From the NCBI GenBank assembly GCA_049975265.1, contig JBNGDF010000005.1, forward strand, positions 18,654 through 82,653: a stretch of DNA of 64,000 bases, written 5' to 3'. The notes below the pieces were generated by a model. It saw nothing but the letters and a program-made list of their open reading frames with translations, had not been told where the DNA came from and searched no databases. Positions 59,302 to 64,000 of this stretch are shown piece by piece (position 1 is the first letter of the stretch; the number at the start of each line of letters is the position of its first letter). The translations under genes and the position numbers were made by a program. Source of the DNA: Fidelibacterota bacterium (GTDB taxonomy: Bacteria; Fidelibacterota; UBA2242).

Positions 59302-60887
59302 AAGGGCGAATACCATATTTTTTTCGTTTCGCACCGATAATTTTTCTTTTAATTGCCAGCTCCTGCAGCCGGCGGCAGTATCATGATGATACACCCGTCC
59401 TGGCGAAGGTGGGCGATGTAGTCATTACCGAGAAAAGTTTTATTGAAAGCTACAGCTTCGGTCCCTCTTTTTTAAAAAGCGTTGACGGTGCCAAAGAGAG
59501 CTATTTGCAGGCAATGATCAACGAAGCGGTTTTAGCCCAGCTGCCCCAGGTGCAGGAGAAAAAATCCGGTGAATATGTTCAAAAGTCCATGCGCCTGTTG
59601 AAACAGGAGCTGCTGGTGGAAAAGATGTTCAATGTCGAAGTCGGCGGAAAGGTCAGTGTCAGCGAAGAGGAGATTCGGGAGGCGATTGCCAGATCCGCCA
59701 TCGAAAACAGAGTGAAATACCTGTATACCGACGATTTAAACGAAGCCCGGCGTTTTAAAGCGGAACTGGATAGCGGTGCTGATTTTGATAGTCTTCTTGA
59801 GAACAAACTGGGTCACCTGGGCATCGCCGTTGAAAATGGTGAAACCGATTTTATCGGTTACGGCGAGCTGCAGGAACCGTTTAATGAAACGATTTATTGT
59901 CTTAAACCTTCCGAGATTTCACCGATTATTTCCCATGGAAAAGGCTATTTTATTATTAAAAAAGTCGCTTCGCGGCGCAGAATTCTGGCGGAGTCCGATT
60001 TCGCCCAATACCGGCATCGGTATGAGCAGGTTATCCGTTATAAAAAAGACCGCCGCCAGACCGGCAGGTTTCTGAAGGAGTTTATGGACCCGAAGGAAGT
60101 TGTTGTCGATGGTAAAATTTTTAATGTCCTGGCTCGCACGTTCCATTCACTTATTCATACAGCTATCCAGGACTCCGGCTTTCAGCAGACGCCCTCCCTT
60201 CCGGAACCGCTCTCCTTTCGTCAGATTTCCGAGCAGTTAGCGGATTATTATGACGAACCAGCGGTACGCTTTAAGGACGGGCACTGGACGGTTCGCGAGT
60301 TGCTGTACCATCTCTCCTATCGCCCGCTGGATTTACGGGCAGCCGAATTTACCGAGCTGGCGGGAAAATTACGGACCATCATAGGTCGAACCATCCGGGA
60401 TGTTTGTCTGGAGGAAGAGGCGTTAAAGCGCAACTATGATCGCGACCCGGAGATTCGGTATCAGCTGGATCGCTGGGAACGTAAACATACGACCCAGGTT
60501 TTCATAGATTCGGTCAAAAACATCTGCCAACCGGAGCTGTCAAATGTAGAATCGCTTTATGAAAAAACGGCGTATGCGCAGAATGTCGAATTTGACCAGG
60601 TAGTGTCCCATTTAACCGGTTTGCTGACGATGAAAATGACTCAGGACAGATTGATGGAACTAGCCGAAAGCAGTGAAATAGAGGTGATTCTGCATCCGGA
60701 ACATCTGAACGCTGTCCGTGTGGATGAACCCCGGGCAGGTCGGCTGCCGGATGTAAAATTATACAAACTGGGATTGCCCTATCTGCGGGAGGCGTTTCCC
60801 ACGCCCGACCCGTTATGGGGTGCGGAAGAGATTTTGGAACGGCTGACCCGCTCATCCGATGAAGAACTGATTAATAAAAAACAGTAA
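59298..60887 (+). CDS. PrsA/SurA-like peptidyl-prolyl isomerase (parvulin) lipoprotein
   Basis: Lipobox ASSC; VLAKVGDVVIT, VSEEEIRE, LDSGADFDSL, LKPSEISPII..KGYFIIK. Confidence 0.7.
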   Translation: MKGRIPYFFRFAPIIFLLIASSCSRRQYHDDTPVLAKVGDVVITEKSFIESYSFGPSFLKSVDGAKESYLQAMINEAVLAQLPQVQEKKSGEYVQKSMRLLKQELLVEKMFNVEVGGKVSVSEEEIREAIARSAIENRVKYLYTDDLNEARRFKAELDSGADFDSLLENKLGHLGIAVENGETDFIGYGELQEPFNETIYCLKPSEISPIISHGKGYFIIKKVASRRRILAESDFAQYRHRYEQVIRYKKDRRQTGRFLKEFMDPKEVVVDGKIFNVLARTFHSLIHTAIQDSGFQQTPSLPEPLSFRQISEQLADYYDEPAVRFKDGHWTVRELLYHLSYRPLDLRAAEFTELAGKLRTIIGRTIRDVCLEEEALKRNYDRDPEIRYQLDRWERKHTTQVFIDSVKNICQPELSNVESLYEKTAYAQNVEFDQVVSHLTGLLTMKMTQDRLMELAESSEIEVILHPEHLNAVRVDEPRAGRLPDVKLYKLGLPYLREAFPTPDPLWGAEEILERLTRSSDEELINKKQ

Positions 60888-60897
60888 GGATAAAGCA

Positions 60898-61692
60898 ATG
60901 ATTGTAAAAAAAGGAGCATTCCTTTTCTGGATTACAGCGGTGGTTTTCCTGCAGTCCACCGTTTTTGCCTGGAATAAGGTCAATCATGCCAATATTACCC
61001 GGGCTGCCTTTGAGCAATTGACGAGAAAAGAACAGCGGATGTTCGGTAGTGCGGCGGATTCGATGATTGAACATTACTCGTTAAATCCGGATTACCACCG
61101 CGCCGCCGTCCGGCAGAAGGATCAGGCGCGGATCGATTTTTACGACCCCTATGTTAATTTGCCGCTATTACAAAACATCAAACAGTGGCATAAAAATGAT
61201 GATGAAAATAGCGAGGTATGTTTTTATATCACCACGAAACTGATGCATCATGCTGTGCTGAATCTTCAGAAGGGTGGGACCCTCGAAGCCGCAAAGTATC
61301 TGGGATCATTGGCTCATTTTATCGAAGATAATGCCTGTCCGGTTCATGTTCTGCCGGATAAAACCATTGCCCAGCTGCTCATTTCACCCGATTATCCGCA
61401 GCCGATGGATATTCATCGGGCTGTTGATAGAGCTGATTTTACAGTTGATATTTCCGGTTACAAACCCCAGTTGTTGGGAGAAAATCTGGTGGAAGCCTCC
61501 GAAGCGATCTATTTTCGATTTAAGGAGAATCGAATCAACGCCCGGGCGCAGATTGTACCGCTGGTTCAGTCCATATTTGCAAAGGATGAAGCGGGAGTGG
61601 CGAAGTATGGCGCTGCAGCGGCGGAGCCGGCAGCCCGCCTTTTTGCCGATATTCTCCATACTGTTTGTACCCTGGCAGAGGCAGGTCGCTGA
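60898..61692 (+). CDS. Zinc-dependent phospholipase C / P1-nuclease-fold protein
   Basis: Signal peptide ending VFA, mature N-terminal W..V.H, PD, WH, YLGSLAHFIEDNACPVH and IHRAVD metal-ligand pattern. Confidence 0.72.
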   Translation: MIVKKGAFLFWITAVVFLQSTVFAWNKVNHANITRAAFEQLTRKEQRMFGSAADSMIEHYSLNPDYHRAAVRQKDQARIDFYDPYVNLPLLQNIKQWHKNDDENSEVCFYITTKLMHHAVLNLQKGGTLEAAKYLGSLAHFIEDNACPVHVLPDKTIAQLLISPDYPQPMDIHRAVDRADFTVDISGYKPQLLGENLVEASEAIYFRFKENRINARAQIVPLVQSIFAKDEAGVAKYGAAAAEPAARLFADILHTVCTLAEAGR

Positions 61693-61780
61693 TCGAATTA
61701 CCCGGTGATATTGGATGAGGGACATGGATTTGAGAAATCCTTTTTAAATCAACGCATGTTTGTGGAGTGGTAAGAGTATT

Positions 61781-62860
61781 ATGAAAAGTAGCCAATTTTC
61801 CAGACGGGATTTTTTAAAATTAACCGGTACCTCTGTGATTGGTGCAGCATTATCCGGTAACGTTATTACAAAAATATTTGCTCGTCCAGGACGAATCGCG
61901 TTTGAACCAGTGCGCTTTGCGGTAATTGCCGATATTCATCTTGATACCCAAAGTCAAAATGAGATGAAGATGAGTGCTGCAAGTGTCGCTTGTCTGCGTC
62001 AGACGGTAGCGGCTCTGAATACCGAAGAAAATCTGAGATTTGTTATCGTTCTGGGTGATTTATTGCTGGATGGCGAATTGGAAAACGCCCGTGTGGTCCG
62101 AAGCTACCTGCAACAGTTGAAGGTGCCGGCGTATGTCATTTGCGGCAATCATGACTTTATGCCGCCTGATCCGAAAAGGCGCCGGACAGGATTCACCTAT
62201 TTAAAAATTGATGAATTTGTTCAATTTTTCGGTGATTATGGTTATGGAAAAGCCGGGAAGCGGTATTATGCAAAACAGATCTTGCCGGGCTTACACCTGA
62301 TCGGTCTCGACGCCTGTCTGCCCAACGATCCGGTCTGCTGGGGCGGGATTCTGCCACAGGAACAGATGGGTTGGCTGGCGGATCAACTGAACAAAAACGG
62401 GGATTCCGTCAATCTCGTTTTCATGCACCACAATTTTATCCGCTGGTCGCAGGATGAGCAACCGGGACAGCCGATGGCCTGGTTTTGTATTGATAATGAT
62501 GAGGCGGTCCGGAAACTACTTGCCCGTAGTTCTCAGGCGGCGCCGGTGGTCATTTCCGGTCATCGCCACATCGGATTGCGATATAAAGAAGAAAGCGGCG
62601 TTAACTATTTTGTGACGCCGTCTATTAATTCCTACCCCATGCGCTATTCGGTCTTCACACTGAGCAGGTTCGCGATTTCCTGGAAAACTCCGATGGTTGC
62701 CGTGCCGGAAACCGTCCATCTGGACGCACGGGCTAATCTGCTGAAGGCAACCTGGTGGCGGGGGGCGCGATGCAGGGAGCGCAGTCCGGCGAATGATGCT
62801 GCCGTCCGGGATTTTTATGAAGAGTCCGATAAAATCTTCGGTCGGAAAGAGTTTAGTTAA
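61781..62860 (+). CDS. Tat-exported calcineurin-like metallophosphoesterase
   Basis: SRRDFLK twin-arginine signal; ADIH, GDLL, GNHD, MHH, SGHRH. Confidence 0.88.
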   Translation: MKSSQFSRRDFLKLTGTSVIGAALSGNVITKIFARPGRIAFEPVRFAVIADIHLDTQSQNEMKMSAASVACLRQTVAALNTEENLRFVIVLGDLLLDGELENARVVRSYLQQLKVPAYVICGNHDFMPPDPKRRRTGFTYLKIDEFVQFFGDYGYGKAGKRYYAKQILPGLHLIGLDACLPNDPVCWGGILPQEQMGWLADQLNKNGDSVNLVFMHHNFIRWSQDEQPGQPMAWFCIDNDEAVRKLLARSSQAAPVVISGHRHIGLRYKEESGVNYFVTPSINSYPMRYSVFTLSRFAISWKTPMVAVPETVHLDARANLLKATWWRGARCRERSPANDAAVRDFYEESDKIFGRKEFS

Positions 62861-62896
62861 CTGAAGTCTTTTTAAATTGTAAAGGAAGGTAAGTTG

Positions 62897-64000
62897 GTGA
62901 AAATCAGATATCTATTGTTTACAGGTACCATTCTGTTATTTAGCGTGTTCGTACAGATAGTAACCCGGGCGGCAACCGCCACACGATCACCTTTTGTAAT
63001 CGTATTAATGCCGGATACGCAATACTACTCCCTGCGGGATCTGGCGACTTATAATGCCCAGGCTGCATGGATTGCGTATCATAAAAATTTCCGCAACATT
63101 AAGTTCGTTATCCATCTCGGTGATATTACTCATAACAACACTCTCACGGAGTGGCAGGCTGCCGATGCCGCGCATACCATTTTGGATAATGCCAATGTGC
63201 CCTACAGTGTGATACCCGGTAATCATGACAATCCGGACGGCGGCAGGAAGCGTGACACCCGGCGATATAATCAATATTTTGGTCCGCAGAGATTCGATGA
63301 GCGTGCCTGGTACGGTGGGCATTTTCACAACACTAACGACAATAACTACTGTTTTTTCGAAGTTCACGATCTGAAATTTATGATCGTGAATCTGGAATTT
63401 GCGCCAAGCAAGGAAGCGCTCTGCTGGGCGGACTCGCTGTTGCTGCACTATCCGGATCGGCGGGTGATTGTAGCGACGCACTGCTACCAGGGGCATGATG
63501 CCGTTCATCAGTGCAATTGCGGCACCGGCTATGATATTGCCGGCAGTGGTGGGAATACCACCTGGAACGAGTTTGTCAAACGCCACAGCAATATTTTTAT
63601 GGTAGTCTCCGGACATGTGGGCGATTCGGAGCTGATGGTTCGGACCGGCAATCTCGGCAATACGGTCTACGAGATTTTAACCGATTATCAGTTTGAACAG
63701 CGGAATGGCGTGAACCACGGAAACGGCTGGCTGCGCACCCTGGAGTTTTTCCCCGATGAGAACCGGATTGATGTCCGGGTCCTGTCGGTACTGGACGACG
63801 TGTATGAATTTAACCGGAGTGATTATCCGTCGAATCCCAACGATCCCGCCCATAATTATTCACTTGATTACGACATGAGTGGTCCGGTAGAGGGGAAATA
63901 TCTCCGGCTTGATAACGCCTTTAATGATATGACCGTCCAGGCTTCTGATATCATCAATCAGTGTGAACCTGCCGTTTCAATGGCGCCCGATGGGGATTTT
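62897..64000 (+). CDS. Secreted calcineurin-like metallophosphoesterase, runs off the window end
   Basis: Not in the track; translated by hand: signal peptide, MPDTQYY, HLGDI, PGNHD, VATHCY, VSGHV, GNGWLR. Open to 64000. Confidence 0.85.
   Translation, partial: MKIRYLLFTGTILLFSVFVQIVTRAATATRSPFVIVLMPDTQYYSLRDLATYNAQAAWIAYHKNFRNIKFVIHLGDITHNNTLTEWQAADAAHTILDNANVPYSVIPGNHDNPDGGRKRDTRRYNQYFGPQRFDERAWYGGHFHNTNDNNYCFFEVHDLKFMIVNLEFAPSKEALCWADSLLLHYPDRRVIVATHCYQGHDAVHQCNCGTGYDIAGSGGNTTWNEFVKRHSNIFMVVSGHVGDSELMVRTGNLGNTVYEILTDYQFEQRNGVNHGNGWLRTLEFFPDENRIDVRVLSVLDDVYEFNRSDYPSNPNDPAHNYSLDYDMSGPVEGKYLRLDNAFNDMTVQASDIINQCEPAVSMAPDGDF

Noticed and set aside
63005..63616. 203-aa minus-strand ORF
   Set aside because: It is antisense to the plus-strand metallophosphoesterase, which has a full motif set.

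Overview
Bacterial DNA, probably from an FCB-superphylum lineage (Marinimicrobia/KSB1/Calditrichota-like). This is inferred from the many 'NYPNPFNP...KMILLK' secretion C-terminal domains, PorV-family barrels and SusD-less TonB receptors. The first ~16 kb is mixed housekeeping: prolyl aminopeptidase, methyltransferase, two porins, patatin, a LolCDE/MacB-like ABC operon with TetR, glycogen synthase and a GH57 branching enzyme. From ~16.3 kb to the end is one large, apparently co-regulated locus. It has two paralogous uptake modules, each SorC-family repressor <- -> TonB receptor, ~1040-aa Ca-binding secreted protein, PorV-like barrel and LamG/lamin-tail protein, plus a LamG/propeller protein. 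It also encodes a FAD glycerol-3-phosphate dehydrogenase triad, two glycerophosphodiester phosphodiesterases, an AraM-type sn-glycerol-1-phosphate dehydrogenase, a HAD phosphatase, a GlpT-type antiporter, an EryI/DerI-like isomerase, a Zn phospholipase C-family protein and three metallophosphoesterases. Five promoters carry the same 26-bp operator 30-31 nt after TTGAC. Both SorC genes appear to start at an ATT codon. My best hypothesis is a utilisation locus for polyol-phosphate polymers or lipids (teichoic acids, phospholipid or archaeal lipid head groups) with separate sn-G3P and sn-G1P branches; this is inference, not proven. Ten frame-disrupting lesions fall in six envelope/secreted genes and reflect either gene decay or assembly error. 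I saw no rRNA, tRNA, CRISPR array or transposase.
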